Positions 47,127 to 59,577 are shown, counted from the stretch's first letter. The stretch is 59,577 bases of DNA from an uncultured bacterium (GCA_964398355.1 CAYNMM010000120.1:1-59577), one strand, 5' to 3'. A program made the numbers and translations. Notes: generated by a model not told the origin, from the sequence alone.

Positions 47127-49553
47127 TTACTCCATTAATTTTTTTAACCTGTTTTCAAGTTCTTCAGGTCCCACAAGAACCTGACGGGGTTTTGAACCTT
47201 CTGGAGGTCCGACAACTCCCATTTCTTCCAGCTGGTCAATAATTCTTGCGGCACGTGCAAATCCTATTTTAAGCCTTCTCTGGAGAAAAGTCGCCGATGC
47301 ATTCTTTCTCTGGACAATGAGTCGGGCGGCGTCAAAGATTAAAGGATCAAAATCCTCATTTAATCCAGCAATTTCTGCAGCTTCCTCCTCGATAAGAAGG
47401 TCAAAATCCTCAAGTTCCTTTATCTCCGGGTAATATGTACTCTTCAGAAAAGTTAACTTTTCCCTGACTGTCTCTTCTGGTAACTTTAAAAGTCTTGCAG
47501 CACGTGAAATGAGTATCTCAAATCGTTCCTTCAAACCGGGCTCATCGCTTCTTGTCAATGAAGGTATAAAGCCCTTTCTAACTATCATTTCAACCAGCTC
47601 ATTGAGTCCTGGAGTATCCGGGAAAAGTAGTTTTAATCGTGAAAGTATATAATCACTTGCGATCTTACTCGTTATCGACTTTGTCTCCTCTTCGGAAATA
47701 AATGGACCGTGCAGTCTTATTGGCTCTGACGTACCAGGTGGAATGAATAACATGTCTCCCATTCCGAGAAGCTTCTCGGCGCCTATTTCATCAAGGATTG
47801 TCTTGGAATCCACACGAGATGGAACTTTGAATGCAATCCTTACAGGGAAGTTGGCTTTTATCATTCCGGTTATAACATCAACCGACGGCCTTTGAGTTGC
47901 AACAACAAGATGTATTCCAACTGCCCTTGCCATCTGAGCAAGCTTGGCAAGAGGCTCCTCAACTTCCTTACCGATCGTTAATATTAAATCCGCAAATTCG
48001 TCTATGATTACAACAATGTATGGTAACGGCTCATCTCCAGGTCTCTCATGGACCGTTTTATTGTGACTCTCAATATCCCTCACACCATCTTTAGCAAAAT
48101 GTTTATATCTCAAATCCATCAACGCAACCATCTTTTTGAGATTCTTAGCAGCTTCCTTCCGCTCCTTTATTACCGGCATAACCAGATGTGGAATTCCCTC
48201 GTAAAATGAAAGCTCAATCCTTTTTGGATCGATCATAAGGAATCTCACTTCTTTGAAATTTGATCTAAAAAGGATACTGGTAACAAGAGTATTTATACAC
48301 ACTGACTTTCCTGACCCTGTAGCACCAGCAATTAAGAGATGAGGCATTTTTGCAAGATCAGCATACCTTGGGAAACCTGCCGTATCTACGCCGAGGGCGA
48401 ACCCAAGCTTTGACTTTAAGTTTTTAAACTCCGGACGATTAACAAGCTCCTTAAAGTAAACTATCTTCCTTTTCCGATTAGGAACTTCAATACCTATCAA
48501 TCCTTTGTCAGGAAGTGGAGCAATTATCCTGATCTTGTTAGATTTCATTCTCAATGCAAGATCATCTGAGAGACCGACGATTTTTGATAGTTTTATTCCT
48601 GGTGCAGGCTCATACTCGTATCGAGTCACTACTGGCCCAGGGTAATAATTTACTACTCTCCCCCTCACTCCAAATTCTTGCAATTTTTCCTCAATTAATC
48701 GGGCATTTCGCTCACACTCCTCCTTATTAGCCTCACTTGTGGCTACAGGTGTATCTTTCAACAATGGCATTAAGGCATCCGTCTGAGGCATAGGTGGAGA
48801 TTCAATAATTCCTTTTTTGGCATCTCGAGAATCTGAGGTATCCATCTGTCCAATCTGTCCAATCACATCCCCTCTTTTTCTCTCCTCTTTAACGTTTATC
48901 GGCTCTTTAATTTCATTCTTTAAACCATCATTTCCAGATTGAACATGTTCCACCTTTTTCTTCCTTAAACGTTTTCTCAACTTAAATAAAGAAAAAGATG
49001 GTATCCGTGGAAAATGAAAAGAAAATTTCACCTTCGGAGCCTTGAATTTAGTAACTAATGGGATAATACCAAGAATAGCAAGAACGTTAAAAAGAATGTA
49101 TGAGACCGGATCTCCTAAAATTTTTGAAATAAACTTTGATACAGATGTAATTACCTCACCTCTGGAAAAAGATTTGAAATATATGGATTGTGCCAGTGTA
49201 AAGAAAACTGTTGAAACAAACAACCCAAGTATAATAGCGAAAAATCGAAAAGTTAGAATTCCCAATATACCGAGAACCGAGTACAGGAAGAAAGAAAAGA
49301 CTACGGCGTATGAAACCACAATCCCAAGCTGAGAAGTTGACCAGGAAGCGATAGAGTAACCCAGGATACCCCCAAGATTGTTTAAAACATTCCCCTGTTT
49401 ATAGGTTAAAAGACTGAGAAAAAATGAAATACTTATTATTCCAAGAGCGACAAAGAACCCCTTCTTAAAAATTTTTTTCAAATCCACGGTCAGAAGATAA
49501 TATACGGAAAAAAGGAATGCTATAAGTATTATGAAAATCAATAGTTGAACCAT
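47127..49553 (-). CDS. ftsK: DNA translocase FtsK
   Basis: N-terminal TMs, PGPVVT, GATGSGKS, IDPKRIEL, DEFAD, ATQRPSVDVITG; gamma domain LQRRLKIGFARAARI. Confidence 0.95.
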   Translation of the reverse strand: MVQLLIFIILIAFLFSVYYLLTVDLKKIFKKGFFVALGIISISFFLSLLTYKQGNVLNNLGGILGYSIASWSTSQLGIVVSYAVVFSFFLYSVLGILGILTFRFFAIILGLFVSTVFFTLAQSIYFKSFSRGEVITSVSKFISKILGDPVSYILFNVLAILGIIPLVTKFKAPKVKFSFHFPRIPSFSLFKLRKRLRKKKVEHVQSGNDGLKNEIKEPINVKEERKRGDVIGQIGQMDTSDSRDAKKGIIESPPMPQTDALMPLLKDTPVATSEANKEECERNARLIEEKLQEFGVRGRVVNYYPGPVVTRYEYEPAPGIKLSKIVGLSDDLALRMKSNKIRIIAPLPDKGLIGIEVPNRKRKIVYFKELVNRPEFKNLKSKLGFALGVDTAGFPRYADLAKMPHLLIAGATGSGKSVCINTLVTSILFRSNFKEVRFLMIDPKRIELSFYEGIPHLVMPVIKERKEAAKNLKKMVALMDLRYKHFAKDGVRDIESHNKTVHERPGDEPLPYIVVIIDEFADLILTIGKEVEEPLAKLAQMARAVGIHLVVATQRPSVDVITGMIKANFPVRIAFKVPSRVDSKTILDEIGAEKLLGMGDMLFIPPGTSEPIRLHGPFISEEETKSITSKIASDYILSRLKLLFPDTPGLNELVEMIVRKGFIPSLTRSDEPGLKERFEILISRAARLLKLPEETVREKLTFLKSTYYPEIKELEDFDLLIEEEAAEIAGLNEDFDPLIFDAARLIVQRKNASATFLQRRLKIGFARAARIIDQLEEMGVVGPPEGSKPRQVLVGPEELENRLKKLME

Positions 49554-49560
49554 TTTGATA

Positions 49561-49590
49561 AGTATAAAAAAGGCCTTTCATTTGTGTCAA
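49561..49590 (-). promoter_or_regulatory. Promoter of ftsK, probably leaderless
   Basis: Minus strand TTGACA, 18 nt, TATACT, 7 nt, ATG; no SD. Confidence 0.65.
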
Positions 49591-49959
49591 ATTAAAAACA
49601 ACTGTATTTGGAAATTTGCTGATGAGAAAAAAATGGAATTGTATTCTCCAGCTCCATTGAAATGTTAAATACTAAAAGAAAAGGTTGGCGTTTTATGTGA
49701 TCTTACCTCCCACTCATACACTCGTACTTTATTAAAGAAGTGGCACAAAAAACATTGGCATTGCCTTTAATTTCAAAATTGAGTAAAAGACTCCTACAAC
49801 GTGGAGGCAAAAATCTGACTAATATGTACAGCTTTTTAAATCGATCTTTGCGTGCAGAGAATATATGAAAGCACTTAATACATCATTCGAAATTTTTTAA
49901 AAACCCCATTAAACATAGTCTTTCGTATTTTCAGCCTCCATGATATAAAAATTTCAGGT

Positions 49960-50928
49960 TTAAAATTCTTTCCATAATACTGTATTCCAGGGTTTTTCAC
50001 CATATTTCAGGTATTTAATGATAGCTTCAGCTGCAATCCTGGACATGGTGTTTCTCGTCCAGTAGGTTGCGCTTCCAAGATGTGGAAGCAGGATTACATT
50101 ATCAAGTTTTATCAGCTCTTTCGGAACATTGGGCTCATTTTCATAAACGTCAAGACCTGCTCCATAAATCCATTTCTCTTGTAGCGCTTTAATCAAGGCC
50201 TTTTCGTCAATTACTGGGCCACGAGCCATATTCACGATAATCGCATTGGACTTCATCATCTTCAATTCTTCTTCGCCAATCAAGTGGTAAGTTTCCTCAG
50301 TTAATGGTGTATGCAGGGTGACAAAATCAGATTCTCTAAGAAGTTCTCTGAGTTCCACATACTTTGCGCCTAATTTTTCCTCAGCATCTATTTTTCTTGA
50401 TCTGCTGTAGTACAGGATGTTCATATTAAATCCCAGAGCCCTTCGAGCGACCGCCTGTCCAATTCTACCAAACCCGATTACTCCTAACGTGCGATGAACA
50501 AAATCCTGCCCGAGAAAGAGAAACGGGCTCCAACCTCTAAATTTTCCGTCTCTTACAAATTTATCCGCTTCTACAACGTGTCTTGCAACCGAAAGAAGAA
50601 GTGCCCAGGTAAGATCTGCCGTTGCATCAGTAAGAACCTCAGGTGTGTTAGTAACGACAATCCCTTTTTCTCGCGCCGCCTCAAGATCTATGTTGTCATA
50701 TCCAACGGCGTAATTTGCAATTATCTTCAATTGTTTTGCCGCTTCTACAACTTCCCTATCGAATTTCATAGAGAGTAATGGAATAACAGCATCTGCATCC
50801 TGTATCATCTCAATCAAATTTTCTCTGGTATAATGGGCATCTTCGGGTCCAATAACTACTTCAAATCCTTCAGATCTTAAAAGGTCAGGACCTACATCGG
50901 GTATCCTTCTTGGAATAACGACTTTCAT
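49960..50928 (-). CDS. D-2-hydroxyacid dehydrogenase (glyoxylate reductase/D-glycerate dehydrogenase-like; start revised to ATG 50928)
   Basis: AVGYDNID, NTPEVL, GFGRIG, NMARGPVIDE, LPHLGSAT. Confidence 0.9.
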   Translation of the reverse strand: MKVVIPRRIPDVGPDLLRSEGFEVVIGPEDAHYTRENLIEMIQDADAVIPLLSMKFDREVVEAAKQLKIIANYAVGYDNIDLEAAREKGIVVTNTPEVLTDATADLTWALLLSVARHVVEADKFVRDGKFRGWSPFLFLGQDFVHRTLGVIGFGRIGQAVARRALGFNMNILYYSRSRKIDAEEKLGAKYVELRELLRESDFVTLHTPLTEETYHLIGEEELKMMKSNAIIVNMARGPVIDEKALIKALQEKWIYGAGLDVYENEPNVPKELIKLDNVILLPHLGSATYWTRNTMSRIAAEAIIKYLKYGEKPWNTVLWKEF

Positions 50929-50929
50929 C

Positions 50930-52600
50930 TTAAAATACCCCGAGAATTTCTCCGTCATCTGTAAGGTCAACATTTACCGCTGCCGGAACTTTTGGAAGTC
51001 CGGGCATGGTCATTATATCACCGGTGATGGGAATAACAAATCTTGAACCCGCTGCAAGTCGTACCTCTCTCACATTGATTTTGAAACCTCTGGGACGACC
51101 AAGCAACTTAGGATTGTCCGATAACGAATATTGGGTTTTTGCCATACAAATATACGCATCCTTGAAACCCATCTTCTCGTAGCGGGCAAGTGCTTTCAAT
51201 GCTTTACTTGTAAACTCTACTCCATCAGCCCCATAAATTTCAACAGCGATCTTTTCTATTTTTTCCTTTAAAGGAATATCCAGCTCGTAGATCGGATGGT
51301 AATTACTCCTTTCATCTTTCAGTGCCTCAAGAACTTTACTGGCAAGCTCAAGGCCACCTTCTCCTCCTTTAGCCCACACCTCTGAGAGTGCATATCTTAC
51401 TCCCCTGGATGATAAAAGTTCTTCCAGTTTTGAAATCTCTCCTTCTGTGTCTGTAGGGAATTTATTTATTGCTACAACAGATGGGATACCGAATTTAGAT
51501 ATATTCTCAATGTGTTTTTCGAGATTGGCAAATCCCTTTGCCACCGCCTCAACATTTTCTTCTGTGAGTTTGTCTTTGGGGACTCCGCCATGGAATTTCA
51601 ACGCTCTAATAGAGGCAACGATAACGGTCACATCCGGCGAAAATCCTCCAATTCTTGAAACTATATTGAGGAATTTTTCTGCACCGAGGTCTGCTCCAAA
51701 ACCTGCCTCAGTAACTGTAATATCTGCAAGTTTGAGAGAAAGTTTTGTTGCAAGTATGGAATTCGTTCCGTGAGCAATATTACCGAACGGCCCAATATGA
51801 ACAAAAGCAGGGGTATTCTCTATGGTTTGTACAAGATTTGGCTTTAAGGCATCACGCAGGAGGGCTGCCATAGCACCATTGGCTTTAATATCTTTTGCAG
51901 TAATAGGTTCTCTTTTCCTTGTGTAAGCTGCAATAATATTTCCAAGTCTTTCTTTCAAATCCCTATAATTCAGGGAAAGTCCCAGAATAGCCATTATTTC
52001 AGAAGCAGGTGTGATATCGAATCCATCTTCTCGAGGAAAACCGTTAGATACGCCTCCTAATCCCACAATTATGCTCCTTAGTGCTCTATCATTCATATCA
52101 ATGGCTCTTCTCCAGGCAATACGTCTCACATCAATACCGAGTTCATTACCTTGATGGACATGATTATCGATCATGGCAGAAAGAAGGTTGTGAGCGGAAT
52201 TCACTGCATGGAAATCACCTGTAAAGTGCAGGTTTATGTCTTCCATTGGTAATACCTGGGAATAACCACCACCTGCAGCGCCACCCTTTATTCCAAAAAC
52301 AGGTCCCAGAGAAGGTTCTCTCAGTGTCACTATTGATTTATGGCCAAGCCTGTTTAGTGCCATACTCAAACCTATCGATGTGGTCGTCTTCCCTTCTCCT
52401 GCGGGTGTAGGGTTTATAGCAGTTACCAGGATCAGCTTCCCCTCCGTTTTCCCCTTGAGTTTGTCGAAAATTTTCAGATTTATTTTTGCCTTGTATTTTC
52501 CATAAAGTTCAAGATACTCTTCAGATATTCCTGCCTTTTCGGCAATGTTCCTGATATCTTCTAATTTTGCTTCATGGGCAATCTCGATATCCGATTTCAT
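50930..52600 (-). CDS. fhs: Formate-tetrahydrofolate ligase
   Basis: [40 protein letters not shown]. Confidence 0.97.
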   Translation of the reverse strand: MKSDIEIAHEAKLEDIRNIAEKAGISEEYLELYGKYKAKINLKIFDKLKGKTEGKLILVTAINPTPAGEGKTTTSIGLSMALNRLGHKSIVTLREPSLGPVFGIKGGAAGGGYSQVLPMEDINLHFTGDFHAVNSAHNLLSAMIDNHVHQGNELGIDVRRIAWRRAIDMNDRALRSIIVGLGGVSNGFPREDGFDITPASEIMAILGLSLNYRDLKERLGNIIAAYTRKREPITAKDIKANGAMAALLRDALKPNLVQTIENTPAFVHIGPFGNIAHGTNSILATKLSLKLADITVTEAGFGADLGAEKFLNIVSRIGGFSPDVTVIVASIRALKFHGGVPKDKLTEENVEAVAKGFANLEKHIENISKFGIPSVVAINKFPTDTEGEISKLEELLSSRGVRYALSEVWAKGGEGGLELASKVLEALKDERSNYHPIYELDIPLKEKIEKIAVEIYGADGVEFTSKALKALARYEKMGFKDAYICMAKTQYSLSDNPKLLGRPRGFKINVREVRLAAGSRFVIPITGDIMTMPGLPKVPAAVNVDLTDDGEILGVF

Positions 52601-52629
52601 AGAGCGCCTCCTTCAGGTTATTCAAAAAA

Positions 52630-52658
52630 AATATAAGGGAAAAATTGAATAATGTAAA
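52630..52658 (-). promoter_or_regulatory. Probable fhs promoter, overlapped by TTGAATA inverted half-sites
   Basis: Minus strand TTTACA, 17 nt, TATATT; half-sites at 52618-52625, 52645-52652 and 52676-52682. Confidence 0.45.
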
Positions 52659-52837
52659 TTTTTATGCAAATTCCGTATTCAATTTCCCCCTGGAGTAAAG
52701 TGCATCGGTAAGAACCTAAGATAAAATTCCATTCTTTATACCAACCTCAACCGTGGCAGATTTATATATGAATGTGACCTTCTTAAGCTTGATAATTGCT
52801 TCTTCCAGCTTTAATTTATCACCATGAGGTGATTGAA

Positions 52838-53251
52838 ATGGCTAACAAGCTTGTGGAGGTTGAGGTTTATCAAATTCTAATAGATGAGTCTGTTAAAGCA
52901 CCTGTAGTGGTACTTAAGGAGAAAGGTGGGGACCGTATATTACCCATCTGGATTGGCCAGGCAGAAGCAGTTTCGATCGCTTATGCTCTTGAAGAAATAG
53001 CAACAGAAAGACCTCTTACTCACGATCTAATTAAACTCATTATTGATGGATTTGGGGCAAGACTGGAAAAAGTCGTTATTAATGATCTGAAAGAAAACAC
53101 ATATTTTGCAAGGTTAGTTTTCAAAATTGATTCAACAATTATAAGTATTGATGCGAGACCCTCTGATTCAATTGCAATTGCATTGAGAACAAAATCACCC
53201 ATATTCGTTTCCGAAAAGGTTATGAAAGAGGGGGGAGCAACAGAGCAATAG
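52838..53251 (+). CDS. Bifunctional nuclease family protein (DUF151; start revised to ATG 52838)
   Basis: LPIWIG, RPLTHDL, IDARPSDSIAIALR; SD GAGGTG. Confidence 0.88.
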   Translation: MANKLVEVEVYQILIDESVKAPVVVLKEKGGDRILPIWIGQAEAVSIAYALEEIATERPLTHDLIKLIIDGFGARLEKVVINDLKENTYFARLVFKIDSTIISIDARPSDSIAIALRTKSPIFVSEKVMKEGGATEQ

Positions 53252-53284
53252 CTGATAATGTTCGAAAAAAATATTTTACTGAGA

Positions 53285-53422
53285 TTACTTCCTCTCTCAT
53301 TTTGTGGAAGAGTTCTCTTTATTTTTCCTCTTGCTTGCGAGTAGATCCACCCACAGTTTCCTCTCATGAGGTGGGAAGAGATTATATTCAATTTACTCTC
53401 CTGCTTTGCGGGAGAAGAGGTT
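53285..53422. repeat. Four degenerate palindromic units with a 34-36-bp period; inverted homolog of the 1-335 array
   Basis: Unit centres at 53298, 53332, 53366 and 53402; collinear similarity to 228-330 with mostly transition mismatches. Confidence 0.65.
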
Positions 53423-53479
53423 AAAAAAAACATTCATCCCCTTTCTCAAAGCATTTTTTCGATCGGCCTCAGCAATAGC

Positions 53480-53508
53480 TTGACGTGTTAAAGGCACAGC
53501 CAAATAAT
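53480..53508 (+). promoter_or_regulatory. Promoter of the pyrR cluster, probably leaderless
   Basis: TTGACG, 17 nt, AATAAT, 7 nt, ATG; no SD. Confidence 0.55.
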
Positions 53509-53515
53509 TGAAAGT

Positions 53516-54061
53516 ATGGAAAAATTGATGGATTCTGATGAAATCAGAGAGGTCATTGAAAAGACTGCAAGTGAAATAGCTGGAGAGTTTAAGGATTACC
53601 ATAATCTTGGTATTATTGGAATAAAAACACGAGGAGTACCTATTGCAAAAAGACTTTCACGCAAAATAAAAGATCTTGTAGGCTTTGATGTACCTGTCGG
53701 TGAGCTTGATATAACTTTTTACAGAGATGATTTAACTTTAGTTTCAAGTGCCCCTATCGTAAAGGGCACGGATATAAAATTTGACGTCAATGGAAAGAAA
53801 ATAATACTTGTAGATGATGTTCTCTATACGGGTAGAACGGTAAGAAGCGCACTTGACGAGATTCTTGTGGACTTTGGGAGACCGGAAATTATAAGACTCT
53901 TCGTAATTGTCGATAGAGGAAACAATGAGTTACCTATCTGTGCAGATTACATTGGGAAAAAAGTCGTAGTTCCACGTGACAAGATTGTTGATGTTCTTGT
54001 AAAAGAGGTTGACGGTAGAGATGAAGTAGTTATTAGAGGAAAACAGGAGGAATTGCCATGA
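53516..54061 (+). CDS. pyrR: PyrR (pyrimidine regulator/uracil phosphoribosyltransferase)
   Basis: [44 protein letters not shown]. Confidence 0.93.
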   Translation: MEKLMDSDEIREVIEKTASEIAGEFKDYHNLGIIGIKTRGVPIAKRLSRKIKDLVGFDVPVGELDITFYRDDLTLVSSAPIVKGTDIKFDVNGKKIILVDDVLYTGRTVRSALDEILVDFGRPEIIRLFVIVDRGNNELPICADYIGKKVVVPRDKIVDVLVKEVDGRDEVVIRGKQEELP

Positions 54062-54456
54062 TCTTTGAAATAAAGATAAGGTCATCCCGCAGAATTGAAA
54101 TGATTGATATAACGCCCCAGGTCCGTGAAATCATCAGGAAATCTGGAGTAAAGGAAGGTATCTGTGTACTTTATGTACCTCACACTACAGCGGCGGTAAC
54201 CATTAATGAGAATGCTGATCCGTCTGTGAGAGTGGACATAGAGAATACGCTCTCGAAACTTGTTCCCTACGGTGCCGGATATGCTCATCTTGAGGGAAAT
54301 GCTGATGCCCATATCAAATCAACAATGGTCGGCCCTTCCGAAAATCTCTTAATCCGAAATGGTGATATTTTACTTGGGACCTGGCAAGGGGTATTCTTTT
54401 GTGAATTTGACGGACCACGTAACAGAAGAATCTATATCAAAATTATGGAAGGCTAA
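54058..54456 (+). CDS. yjbQ: YjbQ/UPF0047 family protein
   Basis: [35 protein letters not shown]. Confidence 0.92.
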   Translation: MIFEIKIRSSRRIEMIDITPQVREIIRKSGVKEGICVLYVPHTTAAVTINENADPSVRVDIENTLSKLVPYGAGYAHLEGNADAHIKSTMVGPSENLLIRNGDILLGTWQGVFFCEFDGPRNRRIYIKIMEG

Positions 54457-54923
54457 TGACTTACATCGCAAGTGCATGTCTCATAGGACTCTGCACAAGA
54501 TATGATGGAAAAACCAACACAGATAGTTACGTTTTGGAGCTGTTTAAAAAAGGAAAGGTTATCCCCGTTTGTCCGGAGCAGCTTGGTGGATTACCAACTC
54601 CACGAGAGCCTGTAGAGTTCAAAGGGGGAGATGCTGAGAAAGTTTTAAGAGGTGAAGCAAAATTGATAGGTATTCAGTCAGGAGAGGACAAAACAGGCCA
54701 ATTTATAAAAGGGGCAAATGAAGTTCTAAAAATCGCAAAACTTTTAAAAATAGATGCAGCTTTTTTAATGGAAAGAAGTCCATCTTGTGGAAGTACCCTT
54801 GTACATATCAATGGTGAGCTTGTCAAGGGAATCGGGGTAACTGCTTATCTTTTGAAAAAATCTGGAATCAAAATCATACCGAGAGCACCGGAGGGTTTAG
54901 ATTGCCAAGAGATAGATTTGTAA
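54456..54923 (+). CDS. DUF523/TudS-like thiouracil desulfidase family Fe-S protein
   Basis: SACLIG..RYDG, CPEQLGGLPTPR, RSPSCG. Confidence 0.88.
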   Translation: MTYIASACLIGLCTRYDGKTNTDSYVLELFKKGKVIPVCPEQLGGLPTPREPVEFKGGDAEKVLRGEAKLIGIQSGEDKTGQFIKGANEVLKIAKLLKIDAAFLMERSPSCGSTLVHINGELVKGIGVTAYLLKKSGIKIIPRAPEGLDCQEIDL

Positions 54924-55477
54924 TTGATACAAGTGTTTTCACAAATCCAGACACACGGGTTGTTTTTGGGGAATCCACACAGGAAGCCTTTCTAAATTTT
55001 ATCGATCTCGCAAGAAATGTACGAAAAAAAATAGATTTTTATATGCCACCTTCGGTTTACGAGGAGCTTTTACATTTTGTGGAAGAAAATGAACTCCCTG
55101 GAGATGCAGAGCTTGTCATTTATATCAAACCACCCAAGAGATTTGAAGTGATGGTGCCGGGTTTCCTGCTCTATGAGTTAATAGAGGAGCTTAGAGCAAG
55201 GATAGATAAGGGATTGAGGGTGGCAGAGGAAGCCGTCCGTTCCGGTGAAGAAAGTGCAAAAACCATATCAAAACTAAGAAACAAGTACAGAAATGCCGTT
55301 AGAAGTGGCATAATAGATTCCAAGGAGGACGTTGACCTGATTCTCCTTGCTATGGAATTAAATGGTGCACTTGTCACAAGTGATCACGGTATTATCAAAT
55401 GGGCTGAGAAACTTGGGGTTAGAACAGTGAATCCAAAAGCGTTCAAGTCAATCATTGATAAGTACATTAAAAAATAG
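54902..55477 (+). CDS. RNA-free ribonuclease P (HARP, Aq_880-like)
   Basis: 191 aa; [59 protein letters not shown]; TTG start with SD GGAGG. Confidence 0.9.
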   Translation: MPRDRFVIDTSVFTNPDTRVVFGESTQEAFLNFIDLARNVRKKIDFYMPPSVYEELLHFVEENELPGDAELVIYIKPPKRFEVMVPGFLLYELIEELRARIDKGLRVAEEAVRSGEESAKTISKLRNKYRNAVRSGIIDSKEDVDLILLAMELNGALVTSDHGIIKWAEKLGVRTVNPKAFKSIIDKYIKK

Positions 55478-55487
55478 GAGGTTTTTT

Positions 55488-56930
55488 ATGCCGGAGAAGT
55501 TAATCATTGAGCTTTCAAAAAGGGGAAGGAAGGGATATTCACTACCCCATTATGATGGTGAGAGAAGAGATTTGAAAGAATTAATCCCGGAAAAACTACT
55601 CAGGAAATCTCCTCCGGAATTGCCTGAAGTAACGGAGAATGAAGTTGTAAGACACTTTGTTAGACTTTCCAACATGAATTACAACGTTGATAAGGGTTTT
55701 TATCCTCTTGGTTCATGCACGATGAAATACAATCCCAAAATTAATGAGAAACTGGCGAGACTTGAGGGATTTTTGAATATACACCCTTTACAACCTTCAT
55801 CAACTGTCCAGGGTGCGCTTCGTTTGATGAAAACACTTGAAAATCTTCTTGCAGAAATATCTGGCTTTGATGCAGTAAGTTTACAACCTGCTGCTGGAGC
55901 CCACGGAGAACTCACGAGTATGATGATCGTCAGGAGATACCACGAGAAACAGGGAAATCCGAGAAAATACATCCTCATTCCAGATTCAGCTCATGGCACA
56001 AATCCGGCATCGGTAACAATTTCAGGATATATAGCCAAACAGATCAGGTCCAATGAACATGGAAGGGTTGATATTGAGGACCTGAAGGCAAATTTAAATG
56101 AAGAGGTCGCTGCATTCATGGTGACAAACCCTAACACTCTTGGACTGTTTGAAACAGAAATAATGGAAATTTCGCGTCTGGTACATCAGGTTGGAGGGCT
56201 CATGTATATGGATGGAGCTAATATGAATGCTCTTGTGGGATACATCAGACCGGGTGACCTTGGCTTCGATATCATGCACTTTAATTTACACAAAACCTTC
56301 TCTACACCTCATGGGGGAGGAGGACCGGGATCTGGTCCTATTGGAGTTAAAAAGTCCCTTGAGCCATTCCTTCCTGTTCCAAGAATCGTTGATGAAAACG
56401 GACAGCTCAAACTTTCCTACAATTTTCCTGATTCAATAGGCAAAGTGCACTTTTTCTATGGAAATTTTAATGTATTTATAAAAGCTTTGATTTATATTCT
56501 TATGATGGGCGAGGAAGGATTGAAGAGTGTGGCAGAAAATGCTGTTATCAATGCAAATTATTTGAAATCTCTCCTCCAAGAAGAGTACACACTCCCCTAT
56601 AAAACCCATTGCATGCACGAATTCGTGTTGTCTGGCAAGTTTTTAAGAAAGTACGGAAAGGTAAAAACACTTGATGTTGCAAAGAGATTACTTGACTATG
56701 GATTTCATGCCCCTACAATTTATTTCCCATTAATAGTATCTGAGGCATTGATGATAGAACCTACAGAAACTGAGAGTAAAGAAACTCTTGATAGATTTGC
56801 AGAAACTTTGATAAGGATCAAAAAGGAAGCTATGGAGAATCCTCAGATTTTACATGAAGCACCACACAATACACCGGTCAGGAGATTAAATGAAGTTAAG
56901 GCGGCAAGAGAATTAAAAGTGAGGTGGTGA
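55488..56930 (+). CDS. gcvPB: Glycine dehydrogenase P-protein subunit 2 (start revised to ATG 55488)
   Basis: [49 protein letters not shown]. Confidence 0.95.
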   Translation: MPEKLIIELSKRGRKGYSLPHYDGERRDLKELIPEKLLRKSPPELPEVTENEVVRHFVRLSNMNYNVDKGFYPLGSCTMKYNPKINEKLARLEGFLNIHPLQPSSTVQGALRLMKTLENLLAEISGFDAVSLQPAAGAHGELTSMMIVRRYHEKQGNPRKYILIPDSAHGTNPASVTISGYIAKQIRSNEHGRVDIEDLKANLNEEVAAFMVTNPNTLGLFETEIMEISRLVHQVGGLMYMDGANMNALVGYIRPGDLGFDIMHFNLHKTFSTPHGGGGPGSGPIGVKKSLEPFLPVPRIVDENGQLKLSYNFPDSIGKVHFFYGNFNVFIKALIYILMMGEEGLKSVAENAVINANYLKSLLQEEYTLPYKTHCMHEFVLSGKFLRKYGKVKTLDVAKRLLDYGFHAPTIYFPLIVSEALMIEPTETESKETLDRFAETLIRIKKEAMENPQILHEAPHNTPVRRLNEVKAARELKVRW

Positions 56931-56931
56931 G

Positions 56932-59210
<2,279 letters not shown>

Positions 59211-59224
<14 letters not shown>

Positions 59225-59577
59225 CTTCAGGAGCGATACTGTTACTAAACCAACTGAAGAGATGCGGGAGGCTATGAAAAATGCGGTTGTGGGAGATGAT
59301 GTGCTTGGAGATGATCCCACAGTAAAAAGGCTGGAAGAAATAGCCGCCGAGAAGGTGGGCAAAGAGGCAGCCCTTTACGTACCATCCGGAACTATGGGAA
59401 ATGCTATAGCCGTTAAAGTATGGACTACAGAAGGTGAGGAGGTTATCGTCGAAGAAAAATCCCACATCTATAATTTTGAATCAGGTCATCTCGCTTTCAT
59501 CTCCAGAGTGATCCCCCGTCCGTTACCCTCTAATCGTGGTATTTATGACCTGGAAAAATTAAAGCTCGCAGTAAATA
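59211..59577 (+). CDS. ltaE: Low-specificity L-threonine aldolase, truncated by the window edge (not in the ORF track)
   Basis: Translated by hand: MRISDFRSDTVTKPTEEMREAM...GDDVLGDDPTV...YVPSGTMGN. Confidence 0.9.

Noticed and set aside
52601-52800. THF or ZTP riboswitch upstream of fhs
   Set aside because: No consensus features recognised by eye, and the likely promoter leaves only a short leader. An Rfam scan would be decisive.
53252-53515. PyrR attenuator leader
   Set aside because: No PyrR-binding-loop consensus seen; a promoter sits directly before the ATG.

Overview
About 59 protein-coding genes of mostly housekeeping and transport function, from an AT-rich and probably thermophilic bacterium. 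A T9SS-type C-terminal domain, a thermophile-type KaiC family and a HARP suggest an FCB-affiliated lineage such as WOR-3; this is inference only. Contents: an SF1B helicase-purN block; three adjacent ABC systems (polar amino acid, branched-chain amino acid, peptide); miaB/pyrK/sugar transferase; a KaiC-like ATPase + HTH + DUF505 module followed by an SDH-family protease; a 1134-aa secreted mosaic protein; a tetraheme cytochrome c, two DUF2079-like paralogs and a cytochrome b; GGDEF, uvrD/pcrA, lipAB, recR-ybaB-dnaX, ftsK and fhs; and a pyrR-yjbQ-DUF523-HARP-gcvPB-ccmC-eno-ftsB-like-ltaE run. I saw no rRNA, tRNA, CRISPR array or transposase. Most interesting: (1) the KaiC/HTH/DUF505 module, in which DUF505 looks like a tandem winged-helix array; (2) a protein-only RNase P next to thiouracil/uracil salvage-type genes; (3) a dispersed non-coding family of degenerate ~35-bp-period palindromic repeats (1-335, and inverted at 53285-53422); (4) an ABC permease that apparently starts at ATT; (5) a 51-aa membrane gene missed by the ORF track; (6) several apparently leaderless genes. 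All family calls come from motif recognition by eye; no database search was run.
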